Notes: generated by a model from the sequence alone, not told the origin. Positions 1 to 10,743 are shown, numbered from the stretch's first letter. The stretch is DNA of 64,000 nt from Treponema sp. (GCA_024698325.1 JAILRG010000042.1:5497-69496); one strand, 5' to 3'. A program made the numbers and translations.

Positions 1-883
1 AGCATACTTCTGCGTGCTTATCCGGGCCGACCTTGACGTAAACGAGGCAAAGCTCGCTTCTGCACTTAAGGCAAGCGCCGTAACGCTCGCAAATGACGAA
101 GAGGTGCTTACATACGCAGGCGCACCGCACGGCTTCGTAGGCCCTGTTACCGCAAAAGTTCCGCTCATCGTGGACCTGTCAGTCGTAAGCACTGACAAAG
201 ACGGTTCTTTTACAGCAGAAATGCACGATGCCATAACTGGCGCCGGAAAAGAAGGCTTCCACATCAAGCATGTTGAGCCGCTGCGCGACTTTACGCCGTT
301 CCTGAACGCAGATGTCCGCCTGGTAAAAGCCGGCGACAAATGCCCGGTCTGCGGCGCTGAATTCCACACGACCAAAGGCAACGAGCTTGGCCACATCTTT
401 AAGCTCGGCCAGAAATATACAAAGAGCATGCACGTCACCTTCCTCGACGTTAACGGCAAGGCTACAACGCCTACAATGGGCTGCTATGGCATCGGCGTTG
501 ACCGCACGCTCGCTTCCATCATCGAGGAGCATAATGACGAAAAAGGCATTATCTGGACTATGAGCACCGCACCGTTCCAGGTTTGCATCGTTCCGATTAA
601 GTACGAAGGCGCAATGAAAGAAACCGCCGACAAGCTTTACGACGAGCTTACCAAGGCCGGCATCGAAGTGCTTTTGGACGACCGCGCAGAGCGTCCCGGC
701 GTTAAGTTTGCCGACATGGAGCTGATTGGCATTCCGCTCCGCATTACTGTAGGCGAAAAGAACCTGCCGAACGTGGAGTTTAAACCGCGTGCAGCAGCCG
801 AAGCAGAGCTTGTTCCGGCTGCAGAGGTTTCTGCAAAAGCCGTTCAGTATGTGCAGGAAGCGCTTGCCGCACTGAACGCATAA
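1..883 (+). CDS. proS: prolyl-tRNA synthetase, 3' part (starts before the window)
   Basis: Editing-domain tail, ELGHIFKLG and MGCYGIGVDR motifs, anticodon-binding domain (LLDDRAERPGVKFADMELIG). Confidence 0.95.
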   Translation, partial: AYFCVLIRADLDVNEAKLASALKASAVTLANDEEVLTYAGAPHGFVGPVTAKVPLIVDLSVVSTDKDGSFTAEMHDAITGAGKEGFHIKHVEPLRDFTPFLNADVRLVKAGDKCPVCGAEFHTTKGNELGHIFKLGQKYTKSMHVTFLDVNGKATTPTMGCYGIGVDRTLASIIEEHNDEKGIIWTMSTAPFQVCIVPIKYEGAMKETADKLYDELTKAGIEVLLDDRAERPGVKFADMELIGIPLRITVGEKNLPNVEFKPRAAAEAELVPAAEVSAKAVQYVQEALAALNA

Positions 884-1002
884 AAGCCGCCAGGCAATAA
901 AGACAATAATCATCTAAAAATATCTAAAAAAGGTTGTTTTAAGTAGCGTACATTGTCATTTGTCCTTCCAGTGAAAATGACAGTGAACGTATACTTGGAC
1001 AA

Positions 1003-1037
1003 CCTTTTCCCGCCTTGCAAAGCGCCCCGTCTGTCAC
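1003..1037 (+). repeat. 35-bp direct repeat, copy 1 (copy 2 at 3340-3374)
   Basis: ccttttcccgccttgcaaagcgccccgtctgtcac is identical at both positions. Confidence 0.9.
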
Positions 1038-1195
1038 CCGCAGGGTGAGCTTCTTCTCCGCCCATCTGTTCCATTCCCATTCTGTTCACGTTTTCCGCCA
1101 TTTTCTTTCATTTTCCTTGACTTTTCTGATTGTTTTCTGATTCTATTCTTGCTGTTTTCTTAAATCGTGTTATACTTTTTTATAAAGGAGCACGT

Positions 1196-3274
1196 ATGAA
1201 TCTTGGAATAAAGCAAAAAATCATGTTTTCAACCATTGGGCTTATTTTTGCTACAGCCGCTGTTATTACACTGTTTAGCTACAGGAAATCAAGCCAGGAA
1301 CTGACAGAAGCTGTCGAAACCAGCAACTTAAGTATTGCCCAGACTGTCGCCGCCGAAATCAAGGCAATCAACGAACGCGAATTCAAAATGCTTGAAACAC
1401 TTGCGAACCTGTCATACATACAAGATACCAGCATCGATATGCACGACAAATGGCTGCTGGTAAATACAGCTACAGGCGGAAGCAGCAAATATTTCGGCTT
1501 CGGCTTCTTTAATGAAAAAGGCATTGGATACGCAACGACAGGCCAATATCACGACATGCACGACCGGGACTACGTCGCCGAGTCAATGAAAGGCAACCGC
1601 GCTTTGATGGATCCAAACTGGTCTGCCACAAACGGTCACCTTTGTACATTCTACGCAGTGCCTGTTAAGATTCCCGGCGGTAAGCAGATTGCAGAAATTT
1701 CTGCCGTTGTAGACGCGACAGATTTGTGCCACACGATGGCGTCCATTACTGTCGGTAAGAATTCGCATCCCTTTGTCATCAGCCGGAAAAGCGGTAAATA
1801 CGTCGCCCACGAGGACAATCAGCTGATAGCTGACGAAAAAATTGTTGAAAATGAAGTTTCCAATGGATTCAAACCGATTATCCGGGAGGCAATGACCGGA
1901 GGAACAGGCACCGAAGTTTTTTATGACGAAGTTGCAAAACAGAAATATGCAGTTTCCTATCGCCCGATAGACGGCACAGAATGGACCGCAATCTGTTATG
2001 CGCCATACAATGATTTTTACAGCGGCATAACCGTACTCTTAAACGCCATGCTTCTGATTACAGCCATCGCGCTTGTGTTTGCAAGCATGATTGCACTGGC
2101 AGTCGTCACCGCAGCCGTAAAGCCGCTCCACCGCGTAAGCAACGCAATCAACGACATCGCTTCCGGCGAAGCTGATTTGACAAAACGCCTTAAAGCGGCC
2201 GCAAAAGACGAAATCGGCGACGTTGTCGAGGGCTTCAATGCCTTCAGCGCCAAGCTCCAGACCATCATCGGTGACGTCAAGCACTCCAAGGACGAACTTC
2301 TGGTCGCAGGCGAAGACATGACGGCAATCTCCCAGGACACTGCCAGCTCCATCACCGAAATCATCGCCAACATCGAGAGCATGCACAAGCAGATTGAAAA
2401 CCAGGGCCAGAGCGTAAGCCAGACTGCCGGTGCCGTTAACGAAATTGCCTCCAATATCGAGTCCCTCGAGCGCATGATAGAAAGTCAGTCTTCTGGCGTC
2501 ACGCAGGCGTCCGCCGCAGTCGAGGAGATGATTGGTAACATTTCCTCCGTAAACGCCTCCATGGACAAAATGGCTAAATCATTCCATGAACTGCGCGCAA
2601 ACTCACAGATTGGCTTTAACAAGCAGCAGTCCGTCAACGAGCGCGTCCAGCAGATTGAGCAGCAGTCCGCCATGCTGCAGGAAGCAAATGCCGCCATTTC
2701 TGCTATCGCCGAACAGACGAACCTGCTTGCGATGAACGCCGCCATCGAGGCCGCCCACGCAGGAGACGCAGGAAAGGGCTTTGCTGTCGTTGCAGACGAA
2801 ATCCGAAAGCTTTCAGAAACTTCCACATCCCAGTCCAAGACCATCGGCGACCAGCTGAACAACATCAAGGAATCAATCAACGAGGTCGTAAATGCTTCCG
2901 GCGAGGCAAGCGCTGCTTTCGAGAGTGTGTCAGAAAAGCTTGAGGAGACAGACGCGCTCGTCATGCAGATTAAGTCCGCCATGGAAGAGCAGAACGAAGG
3001 CTCACAGCAGATTACCGACGCGCTCCACAGCATGAACGACAGCACCGTCGAAGTCCGCACCGCATCCGCAGAAATGGCTGAGGGCAATAAGATGATTCTC
3101 GCCGAGGTACAGCATCTGCAGAACGCCACCACCGCCATGAAAGGCAGCATGGAGGAGATGGCAATAGGTGCGCGCAAAATCAACGAGACGGGTGTTACGC
3201 TCAACGCGATTTCGGGCAAGGTGCAGCAGTCCATCGTCGAAATCGGCACTCAGGTTGACCAGTTTAAAGTGTAG
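1196..3274 (+). CDS. methyl-accepting chemotaxis protein (Cache-like sensor, HAMP, MCP signal domain)
   Basis: Two TM segments, HAMP (DLTKRL...DEIG), IAEQTNLLAMNAAIEAAHAGDAGKGFAVVADEIRKL. AAGGAG RBS precedes ATG 1196. Confidence 0.95.
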   Translation: MNLGIKQKIMFSTIGLIFATAAVITLFSYRKSSQELTEAVETSNLSIAQTVAAEIKAINEREFKMLETLANLSYIQDTSIDMHDKWLLVNTATGGSSKYFGFGFFNEKGIGYATTGQYHDMHDRDYVAESMKGNRALMDPNWSATNGHLCTFYAVPVKIPGGKQIAEISAVVDATDLCHTMASITVGKNSHPFVISRKSGKYVAHEDNQLIADEKIVENEVSNGFKPIIREAMTGGTGTEVFYDEVAKQKYAVSYRPIDGTEWTAICYAPYNDFYSGITVLLNAMLLITAIALVFASMIALAVVTAAVKPLHRVSNAINDIASGEADLTKRLKAAAKDEIGDVVEGFNAFSAKLQTIIGDVKHSKDELLVAGEDMTAISQDTASSITEIIANIESMHKQIENQGQSVSQTAGAVNEIASNIESLERMIESQSSGVTQASAAVEEMIGNISSVNASMDKMAKSFHELRANSQIGFNKQQSVNERVQQIEQQSAMLQEANAAISAIAEQTNLLAMNAAIEAAHAGDAGKGFAVVADEIRKLSETSTSQSKTIGDQLNNIKESINEVVNASGEASAAFESVSEKLEETDALVMQIKSAMEEQNEGSQQITDALHSMNDSTVEVRTASAEMAEGNKMILAEVQHLQNATTAMKGSMEEMAIGARKINETGVTLNAISGKVQQSIVEIGTQVDQFKV

Positions 3275-3339
3275 TGCTCGCAGTGCTCATAAAACCCTTG
3301 CAGGGCGTGGAAAAATGCTCTTTGCGGCTTTTTCCGCTG

Positions 3340-3380
3340 CCTTTTCCCGCCTTGCAAAGCGCCCCGTCTGTCACTATACT
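3340..3380 (+). promoter_or_regulatory. 35-bp direct repeat copy 2, overlapping a sigma70-type promoter TTGCAA-N17-TATACT
   Basis: The repeat ends exactly at the -10 hexamer (3375-3380); ATG follows at 3390. Confidence 0.7.
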
Positions 3381-3389
3381 AACGACAAT

Positions 3390-4493
3390 ATGAAGAAATT
3401 ACTTTGTTCTTTAACAGTGGCGCTTCTTGCAGGCATTCAGGCCATTGCCCTACCTGATATTACTCAGTTTATTCCCGACGTTTCCGGTGAATATGTTTTT
3501 TATCAGGACACCACTTTTGAACGCAAAAGCTACACAGGCTTTGTATTTTACAACGAAAGCACCTACGGCGTTCGCTACTACGCTCCCGAAGTTTCTGACA
3601 AAAAAAAGCCGCTGCCAGAAAAAGATATACAGCTGTACTTTACGATTGATGCCAGCCAGAATCACTTTGAACCGACAGGCGAGCGCATTGCCGGCACCGT
3701 CACCCCCGACGATACCGATATCATCAATTATCTGCATGACATGATGTACGAGCTTACCGCCCGGCGGAAAAAGGCAGGAATCGTATCGGAGCCAACAAGC
3801 GTAACACAAAACTTCCAGCAGTTCGGCGGAGACGTCACCCTTTCATTCAATCCCCTCGTACCGCTTTTTAATCTTGAATCCATTACAACACTAGACGGAA
3901 CAGCCGTTTTCTCCGTCGTCACCACAGGCCAGCTCTCCGGAAACGGCGGCAACAGTTCAGACACCAGCTTTACAGATTTTAAGGGCTTTCCTCAGAAAGT
4001 CGCTGACAAAACACACACCTTTAAGCCGAGCAAAAAAGCCGTCAAGAGTGATTTTTCCTACAGCAAGGACGAGCACTTTACGCAGAGCATCAGCCTGGAC
4101 GACCAGTGGAAGCAGTATGCAGACAACTTTTTCTTCCTTGGAAAAAATGCGCTCGTAACATTCGACGTCGCCATTCCCCAGGCCGGCTCATCAAGCGAAA
4201 TGGCAAAACACGGCTACGCACCGCTGCTTGCGCGCTCTTTTGCACGCTCCGGCCCCAACAGCTATGCCGATTGGACAGCGCTTACAATCACAAAAACCGG
4301 AAACCGGACCATAATCCGCATCCCGGTGTACGAGCAGACCGCCAATAATCACATGCAGACATTCAAAATAATCGATGAATACAAAGACGGTTCTGCAGCA
4401 TTCCTGCTGCTGACAGTCTATGAAGGCGCCTACGAAAAGAACAAAGCATACTTTGAGTCCGTGCTTAGCTCTTATTCCGTAACCGCACAATAA
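3390..4493 (+). CDS. hypothetical exported protein
   Basis: Signal peptide MKKLLCSLTVALLAGIQAIA. The longer ORF start overlaps the MCP gene and is rejected. Confidence 0.8.
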   Translation: MKKLLCSLTVALLAGIQAIALPDITQFIPDVSGEYVFYQDTTFERKSYTGFVFYNESTYGVRYYAPEVSDKKKPLPEKDIQLYFTIDASQNHFEPTGERIAGTVTPDDTDIINYLHDMMYELTARRKKAGIVSEPTSVTQNFQQFGGDVTLSFNPLVPLFNLESITTLDGTAVFSVVTTGQLSGNGGNSSDTSFTDFKGFPQKVADKTHTFKPSKKAVKSDFSYSKDEHFTQSISLDDQWKQYADNFFFLGKNALVTFDVAIPQAGSSSEMAKHGYAPLLARSFARSGPNSYADWTALTITKTGNRTIIRIPVYEQTANNHMQTFKIIDEYKDGSAAFLLLTVYEGAYEKNKAYFESVLSSYSVTAQ

Positions 4494-4520
4494 AAAAACG
4501 GCCACATGGCCGTTTTTTTA
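4492..4520. terminator. bidirectional intrinsic terminator
   Basis: aaaaaaacggcc-acat-ggccgttttttt between convergent genes. Confidence 0.85.
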
Positions 4521-4533
4521 TTGCTCGAATCTC

Positions 4534-5457
4534 CTAGAAACTTGTCCGCGAAAGCGGGCTACCAATCCAAACACCTTCGCTTCCAAGATACTCTCTTTTT
4601 TGCCCGTCAATCAAAATCTGCACGCCGCTTACCGTGCTGAACTCCGTCGCCGTAAACACAATCTGCATCAGCTGGCCGAGGTACCCCTCAACGCCGACCG
4701 GATTGTATTCAAACTCCTCGCTAAAATTCAGCATCGCAATGCCATTTCTTACGCTTGCAGAAAGCAGTCGGGTTCCCTCGGGTATCAGCGACATACAGCC
4801 CTTCGCCCGCTCTGCCTGATTCGGTCCGGCAAGAAGTTGCCTGATATTCGCACTCAGCGGAGAATCGGTCTTCGTTATGCTCCTGGTTATCAGTTTTCTG
4901 GAAACAGCTCCGTCGCCTTCGATTACCACAAAGTATAATTTTGCATTAGTTGTAACTGGCGCCGGCTTCGGCTTTTCCTGTGCAGGCGCTTGCGTCATCG
5001 CAGGTACAACATCAGTTTTGCCTGCGGCCGCTACTGGAGAAACTGTTTTTTCCGGCTCAACTGGAGCCGGCTGTGTTTTTTGCTCCGGCTCAGAGACTGT
5101 CACAGGCACCGGCTTTTGCACAGATTCAGTCGCAGCGGACGGCTCAGAAACCGCAGGCGCGGCAGGAGCTGCAGTATAATCAGGCTCCCGAACAGGACTT
5201 TGAGGCTGCGCACGTTCCTGCGTATTCAATGTTATTATCGTTTCTTTTACCGGAGCTTCTTCCCCGGCACTTTTTTCTTCATGCTTTTCTACAAATTCAG
5301 GCGTTTTAAGCCCCAGCCGCTCAAAAGCGTGGGTAGTCTTCAGATTCGAAACTATATCATCCTGTTTAACAAGAAAAATAATCAGAATAATGATGAGGCC
5401 AATAGCCCAAAGTGCAAAACCAATGGCATTCTTTTTTTTACTCTTCTTTGTAGGCAT
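4534..5457 (-). CDS. GerMN-domain membrane-anchored protein
   Basis: N-terminal TM, Pro/Ala linker, C-terminal LLAGP...SLIPEGTRLLS...QIVFTATEFSTVSGVQILIDG. Start placed at MPTKK from the promoter position. Confidence 0.85.
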   Translation of the reverse strand: MPTKKSKKKNAIGFALWAIGLIIILIIFLVKQDDIVSNLKTTHAFERLGLKTPEFVEKHEEKSAGEEAPVKETIITLNTQERAQPQSPVREPDYTAAPAAPAVSEPSAATESVQKPVPVTVSEPEQKTQPAPVEPEKTVSPVAAAGKTDVVPAMTQAPAQEKPKPAPVTTNAKLYFVVIEGDGAVSRKLITRSITKTDSPLSANIRQLLAGPNQAERAKGCMSLIPEGTRLLSASVRNGIAMLNFSEEFEYNPVGVEGYLGQLMQIVFTATEFSTVSGVQILIDGQKREYLGSEGVWIGSPLSRTSF

Positions 5458-5574
5458 AGCATTACTATAGTCTGTCAGTGCAGAAAAGTCCATATTCCAC
5501 ACCCCTTATTCCTCTTGAGAGATGTTCCGCAAAAAGATACACTTTGAATAGATTAACTGCCGGAGGGCTTTAGT

Positions 5575-6600
5575 ATGAATGAAAAAGAATTTGATCTGAT
5601 TACATTCGGCGAGATAATGCTGCGACTTTCTCCGCCTACAAATCAGCGCATTGGCCGCTGTGACTCCTTTGAAAAACACGCTGGCGGAGCAGAACTGAAT
5701 GTCGCTTCCGGCGTCTCGCTTCTCGGACTGCGCACCGGTGTTATTACCCAGCTGCCGCACAACGATATCGGCTTCTTCGTAAAAAACCGCATCCGTTTCT
5801 CCGGTGTAAGCGATGATTATATCATCTTTGACGACAACCCCGACGCACGCCTCGGCATTTATTTCTACGAAAACGGCGCCTATCCGAGAAAGCCAAAGGT
5901 AATCTATGACCGCCGCCACTCTTCCATCTGGAAGATGAAACTTGAAGATGTGCCGGAAAGCGTCTACAGCGCAACCCGCATGTTCTACACGTCAGGCATC
6001 ACGCTTGCCCTGAATGAAAACCTGCGCACCATTGCAGTAGAAATGATTAAAAAGTTCAAGGCAGCAGGCGCAAAAATTGCCTTTGACGTAAATTACCGCG
6101 CAACGCTCTGGGACGAAGATACCGCACGCGAAACAATCAAAAAAGTGCTGCCGCTAGTAGACATTCTGTTTATTTCAGAAGAAAGTTGCCGCCGCATGTT
6201 CGGTAAAGAAGGCACGCTGCAGGATATGCACCGCGAATTCTGCCGGGATTTCCCCAATATTCAGTACATCGCCTCTTCTGAGCGCGAAGTGATTTCGCCC
6301 AAAGTACATTCATTTACGTCGACCGTCTACAGCCACGAAACCGACACGTTCTATACAGAAGAACCGTACAAGAACATAGATGTCGTAGACCGCATCGGTA
6401 GTGGCGACGCTTTCTGTGCCGGAGTTTTGTTCGGCCTATTAAAATATGCCGACGCACAAAAAGCAATGGAGTTCGGTAATGCAACCTGCGCTGTTAAGAA
6501 CACAATCTTCGGCGACCTGCTGGTCTCAGACTTTAACGAAATCAGCAGCATGATTGCCGCACACCATACTAAAGGCAAGCAGAGCGAGATGAATCGGTAA
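5575..6600 (+). CDS. kdgK: PfkB-family sugar kinase, 2-keto-3-deoxygluconate kinase-like
   Basis: FGEIMLRLSP, GGAELNVA, FDVNYR and DRIGSGDAF motifs. Confidence 0.8.
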   Translation: MNEKEFDLITFGEIMLRLSPPTNQRIGRCDSFEKHAGGAELNVASGVSLLGLRTGVITQLPHNDIGFFVKNRIRFSGVSDDYIIFDDNPDARLGIYFYENGAYPRKPKVIYDRRHSSIWKMKLEDVPESVYSATRMFYTSGITLALNENLRTIAVEMIKKFKAAGAKIAFDVNYRATLWDEDTARETIKKVLPLVDILFISEESCRRMFGKEGTLQDMHREFCRDFPNIQYIASSEREVISPKVHSFTSTVYSHETDTFYTEEPYKNIDVVDRIGSGDAFCAGVLFGLLKYADAQKAMEFGNATCAVKNTIFGDLLVSDFNEISSMIAAHHTKGKQSEMNR

Positions 6601-6682
6601 AAAATTTGACCTCCATGTCAAATTTTTTACCAACGAGAAGCCTTGCTTCTCGCCGTGCATTTATTTGAGCGCATCCATGCGC
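6599..6682. repeat. REP-like three-hairpin element (NTCCAT-loop family)
   Basis: aaaatttgac-ctccat-gtcaaatttt; cgagaagc-ctt-gcttctcg followed by ccgtgcat; gcgc-atccat-gcgc. Confidence 0.7.
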
Positions 6683-6717
6683 CAGGTAAAGACGCTGGGC
6701 ATGGGCGATAGATACAC

Positions 6718-6748
6718 AAAAAAGGAGCCGGTTGGCTCCTTTTTTTAT
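6718..6748. terminator. bidirectional intrinsic terminator
   Basis: aaaaaaggagcc-ggtt-ggctcctttttt between convergent genes. Confidence 0.85.
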
Positions 6749-7728
6749 TGGTTACACCGCTCCACAAAGGCGGCAATATCTGCACGCACTTCTGCGGCAC
6801 AATCATCAAGCAGGATTTCGTGACGGCAGCCCTCGTACAGCTTATAGGTGCATTCCTGCACACCTGCCTGTTTGTACTGCCGGCAAATGTCTGGCACTGC
6901 TTTCCCGTAGTTACCGACCGGGTCATCGCTTCCGGCAATCAAAAACACTGGCAGCGTTTTTGGCGTTGCAGCAAAAGCTTTAGGCTGATTTGCATCACGG
7001 TTAACTTCCATCAGCATTTTGTAGCCGTCCACACTGAATAAAAAGCCGCAGTACGGGCTTGCAACATAATCGTCCACATTTTTCGGATTACGCGAAACCC
7101 AGTCATAAGGCGTGCGTACCGGCTTAAAACAATCATTGTAAGAACCGAAGCTGCTTTTGTCGATAAATGCACTCTTGTGGTCTTTGCCAAATACAAGGCG
7201 CAACAGTTTTAGCACGGTAAGCCCAAGCGGCACTTTCGGGTCTTTACTGCCGGTACCACAGACAACGAGGCTTGCATAGTCTGCGCCATATTCGGCGGCA
7301 CACAGGCGTACCACAAAACTGCCCATGCTGTGACCGAAAAGGTGAACTTTTAGCCCGGGAAAATCGCGCTTGGCGATTTCTGTCATCTTATGCGTATCTT
7401 CCACAAGCGTTTTGCGCTGGTGCGAATCCAGAAACAGCCCTAAATGCGCGTCATCGGGAACGCTGTCTTTGTGCCCGACGTGGGAGTGAATGTACACCGC
7501 ATACCCTAAGCCGCACATAGTTTCAGCAAGCGCCTCGTAACGCTCAGCATATTCTGCCATACCATGCACCATCTGAAAAATTGCCTTTGGGGAGGCTGTC
7601 GCTGCAGGCGCAGTCTCCAGTGCAGACGTTGCTGCCAGAGAACCATCTGCAACGTCCGGAGTATACTTAAAAAAGCAGATACGGTCACTTCCGTTCGTGC
7701 TTTCAAAAAAAAGTTTTTCCTTGTGCAT
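6745..7728 (-). CDS. alpha/beta hydrolase, lysophospholipase/monoacylglycerol lipase-like
   Basis: HGMAEY, GHSMG nucleophile elbow, D (GSDDPV) and H (RHEIL). GGAGAGG RBS precedes MHKEK. Confidence 0.88.
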   Translation of the reverse strand: MHKEKLFFESTNGSDRICFFKYTPDVADGSLAATSALETAPAATASPKAIFQMVHGMAEYAERYEALAETMCGLGYAVYIHSHVGHKDSVPDDAHLGLFLDSHQRKTLVEDTHKMTEIAKRDFPGLKVHLFGHSMGSFVVRLCAAEYGADYASLVVCGTGSKDPKVPLGLTVLKLLRLVFGKDHKSAFIDKSSFGSYNDCFKPVRTPYDWVSRNPKNVDDYVASPYCGFLFSVDGYKMLMEVNRDANQPKAFAATPKTLPVFLIAGSDDPVGNYGKAVPDICRQYKQAGVQECTYKLYEGCRHEILLDDCAAEVRADIAAFVERCNQ

Positions 7729-7762
7729 ATACATCCTCTCCAAGTTCCATCGCATTTACTGC

Positions 7763-7810
7763 GCACGCATGGATGCGTGCAGACAGCAAGGACGGGAGCT
7801 TGCTCCCGTC
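7763..7810 (-). repeat. REP-like hairpin pair (NTCCAT-loop family)
   Basis: Minus strand reads gacgggagc-aa-gctcccgtc cttgctgtct gcacgc-atccat-gcgtgc. Confidence 0.65.
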
Positions 7811-7841
7811 AGATTTCGTTTTGCATGGAGGCAAAACGAAA

Positions 7842-9332
7842 TCAATGCTCTATCCAGTTACGGCTGCGGGAGACAGCCTTTTCCCAGCCATGCAGCAAGC
7901 GTTCGAGTGTTTCGCTGTCCATCGAAGGCTCTAAAACAGTTATTTTGCGCGGTACAGAGCGAATCTCTTTTACATTCTTAAACATGCCGATTGCAAGACC
8001 TGCAAGCTGCGCTATTCCAAGAGACGTTATTTCTTTCATCTCTGGTCGCCGAATGGGAATCTGCAGGACATCACTCTGAAATTTCATCAGGAAATTATTG
8101 CCGCTCGCGCCTCCGTCCACATTAAGCTCTGCAAGGCGTATGCCTGTATCCCTCTGCATGCATTCCACTAAATCCCGGGTTTGAAATGCAATGCTTTCCA
8201 ATGCAGCACGGATTATATGCTCGCTTTTGGTTCCCCGCGTAATACCCATAATGCACCCGCGGGCATACATATCCCAATACGGTGCACCCATTCCCGTAAA
8301 GGCAGGTACCACATACACGCCGCCGGTATCTTCAACCTTACAGGCATGATATTCAGAATCGGCGCTGGATTCAAAGAAATGCAATTCATCTTTCATCCAC
8401 TGAACGACTGAGCCGCCGGAAAACACGCTTCCTTCCAGCACGTACTGCACGTTTTTTTCATCCGTACCGGCAGCAATCGATGTTAAAAGTGCATTTTTGC
8501 TGACACACGGTGAATTACCTGTATTCATCATAAGAAAACAGCCGGTACCGTAGGTATTCTTTGCCTGGCCTTTCTCAAAACAGCCCTGCCCGAACAGGCT
8601 TGCCTGCTGATCCCCAGCCATTGCCGCAATGGGTATAACGTTATTCAGAATATCCGCATTTCCAAAAATATGGCTTGAAGGGTACACTTTCGGGAGCATG
8701 CATTCCGGAATATCCAGTATATCCAGTATCTTTTTGTCCCATTCCAGCGTGTGAATATTAAACATCATGGTACGGGACGCATTTGAATAATCCGTCGCGT
8801 GTATTTTTCCCTGCGAAAGCTTCCAGGCAAGCCATGTATCAACGGTGCCAAACAGCAGCTCTCCGCGTTTTGCACGCTTTCTCGCGCCCTCCACATTGTC
8901 GAGAATCCATTTTACCTTGGTGGCAGAAAAATAGGCATCGATTAAAAGGCCTGTAGCCTCTTTTATGTACGCTTCATGCCCGGCTTCCTTTAGCTGCTCG
9001 CAGATTTCAGCAGTACGCCTGCACTGCCACACAATCGCATTATACACCGGCTTACCGGTCTTTTTTTCCCAGACAATTGTTGTTTCCCGCTGATTGGTAA
9101 TGCCGATTGCAGCTATTTCATCAATCGAAAGGTTATTCCTCGTCAGCGCTTCAATCATGACACCGTACTGCGTCGCATATATTTCCATCGGGTCGTGTTC
9201 AACCCAGCCTTCTTTTGCATAAATCTGCGGCAGTTCCCGCTGTGCAAGGCCGACAAGATTCTGTTCTTTATCAAAAATGATTGCGCGGGAAGACGTTGTT
9301 CCCTGATCCAGAGCAATAATATACCGTTTCAT
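7842..9332 (-). CDS. glpK: glycerol kinase
   Basis: [24 protein letters not shown] and [10 protein letters not shown] motifs. Confidence 0.95.
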   Translation of the reverse strand: MKRYIIALDQGTTSSRAIIFDKEQNLVGLAQRELPQIYAKEGWVEHDPMEIYATQYGVMIEALTRNNLSIDEIAAIGITNQRETTIVWEKKTGKPVYNAIVWQCRRTAEICEQLKEAGHEAYIKEATGLLIDAYFSATKVKWILDNVEGARKRAKRGELLFGTVDTWLAWKLSQGKIHATDYSNASRTMMFNIHTLEWDKKILDILDIPECMLPKVYPSSHIFGNADILNNVIPIAAMAGDQQASLFGQGCFEKGQAKNTYGTGCFLMMNTGNSPCVSKNALLTSIAAGTDEKNVQYVLEGSVFSGGSVVQWMKDELHFFESSADSEYHACKVEDTGGVYVVPAFTGMGAPYWDMYARGCIMGITRGTKSEHIIRAALESIAFQTRDLVECMQRDTGIRLAELNVDGGASGNNFLMKFQSDVLQIPIRRPEMKEITSLGIAQLAGLAIGMFKNVKEIRSVPRKITVLEPSMDSETLERLLHGWEKAVSRSRNWIEH

Positions 9333-9481
9333 TATGAATCCATTATAAAGCCGGAAAATTTCATCGTCAACTAAATAGTATAATCCTATGTGTACGTACC
9401 CCCGCCCTGCTGTTACTAGTTCTTTACTTTACTTTTCTCTTTTTTGGTTATATACTATTTATATAGTAGGAAATATAAATA

Positions 9482-9883
9482 ATGAAGATTTCGACACGAG
9501 GAAGATATGCGCTTCGGTTTATGATTGATTTAGCGCAGCACGGAAACGAAAATTACATCGCACTCAAAGATATTTCCCAGAGACAGGAAATATCAATTAA
9601 GTATCTGGAACAAATCACCTCTCTTTTGAGCAAATACGGGCTTTTACTCAGCGTCCGCGGACCTCAAGGCGGTTACAAGCTCGCCCGCGCACCCGAGGAA
9701 TACACCATCGGCCAGATTCTACGCACGACAGAAGGCAACCTGGCTCCAGTCACCTGCCTCGAAACCGACCACAACGAATGCCCGCGAAAGGCCGGCTGCC
9801 CGACACTGCCCTTGTGGGAAGGACTGGCTAAAGTTGTCAACAGCTATCTGGACAGCGTAACCTTAAAAGACCTGATTAAATAG
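9482..9883 (+). CDS. Rrf2-family transcriptional regulator (IscR/CymR-like, three Cys)
   Basis: MKISTRGRYALR, SVRGPQGGYKLA, C-x7-C-x5-C. Confidence 0.9.
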   Translation: MKISTRGRYALRFMIDLAQHGNENYIALKDISQRQEISIKYLEQITSLLSKYGLLLSVRGPQGGYKLARAPEEYTIGQILRTTEGNLAPVTCLETDHNECPRKAGCPTLPLWEGLAKVVNSYLDSVTLKDLIK

Positions 9884-9886
9884 CTG

Positions 9887-10660
9887 CTATCGGGCGCGGC
9901 ACTCGTACAGAATAATTGCCGCTGCCTGGGCAACATTCAGGCTTTCTATCTGCTGACCGTCGCCTGACTGCACGGCGCCAGCAGGAATCGTAACCAGCTC
10001 ATCGCAGTTTTCTTTAACAGCATCAGAAATGCCATGCTCCTCGTTACCAAGGACAATCAAAGCTGGCTTTCCTTTTGAACGCACGGGAATTTCACTTATT
10101 GGAATTGTTCCATGCACATCCGTGCCAAAACGCACCATCTTGCCCTGCATTGCGCCAAGCAGTCTGGTGATTGAGCGTATGCAGTAAATATGCACATATT
10201 CCATGCCACCCTGCGCTACTCGGTAAGAGCTTGTCGTTACAGAACTCTGCGCCTCGTCAATTGGAATGATAACGTTTTTGATTCCAAAAAAGGCTGCGCT
10301 GCGGACAATCGCTCCCAAGTTGTTTGCGTTACCGACGCGGTCCAGAAGCAGTGCGCTTTCTTTATTGTGCAGCCATTCGTCCGTAATGTCGGTATTAAGA
10401 ACCGGGATTTCTGGCTGTGCAATCATGGCGACAACACCCTGATGATGAACGCTTCCGCAGAGCTTTTCCAACTCCGACGCATCGTCAACAGCATTGTACG
10501 GCCGCTTATTTTTAGCCATAAATTTACACATTTCGCCAAACACAGGCGCCCGGTCTTTTGTAAAATAAAGCCGCCGTACGCTCTGCGGATGCTCTTTAAT
10601 CAATGCTTTTACTGCTTCAAAACCGCAGACGGCAAGTTCATTTGTTCGTGTATTTTTCAT
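9887..10660 (-). CDS. TrmH/SpoU-family RNA methyltransferase
   Basis: HHQGVVA, NLGAIVRSA, LGNEEHG and ESLNVAQA motifs. Confidence 0.9.
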   Translation of the reverse strand: MKNTRTNELAVCGFEAVKALIKEHPQSVRRLYFTKDRAPVFGEMCKFMAKNKRPYNAVDDASELEKLCGSVHHQGVVAMIAQPEIPVLNTDITDEWLHNKESALLLDRVGNANNLGAIVRSAAFFGIKNVIIPIDEAQSSVTTSSYRVAQGGMEYVHIYCIRSITRLLGAMQGKMVRFGTDVHGTIPISEIPVRSKGKPALIVLGNEEHGISDAVKENCDELVTIPAGAVQSGDGQQIESLNVAQAAAIILYECRAR

Positions 10661-10743
10661 GTGGATAACCTGTGGAAATTGTGTATAAATCGGCTTATTT
10701 TAGTGCATAAGCCAGCACATGCCTGTGGATAACTCGTGGATAC
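10660..10743. promoter_or_regulatory. cluster of six co-oriented DnaA boxes
   Basis: Consensus matches TGTGGATAA (10660, 10724) and TGTGTATAA (10680); degenerate boxes at 10671, 10702 and 10735. Confidence 0.75.

Noticed and set aside
3168-3389. N-terminal extension of the exported protein
   Set aside because: It overlaps the MCP gene; the signal peptide and promoter support ATG 3390.
10660-10743. oriC
   Set aside because: No dnaA/dnaN and no DnaA-trio or unwinding element in the expected orientation. Kept only as a DnaA-box cluster; skew could not be computed.
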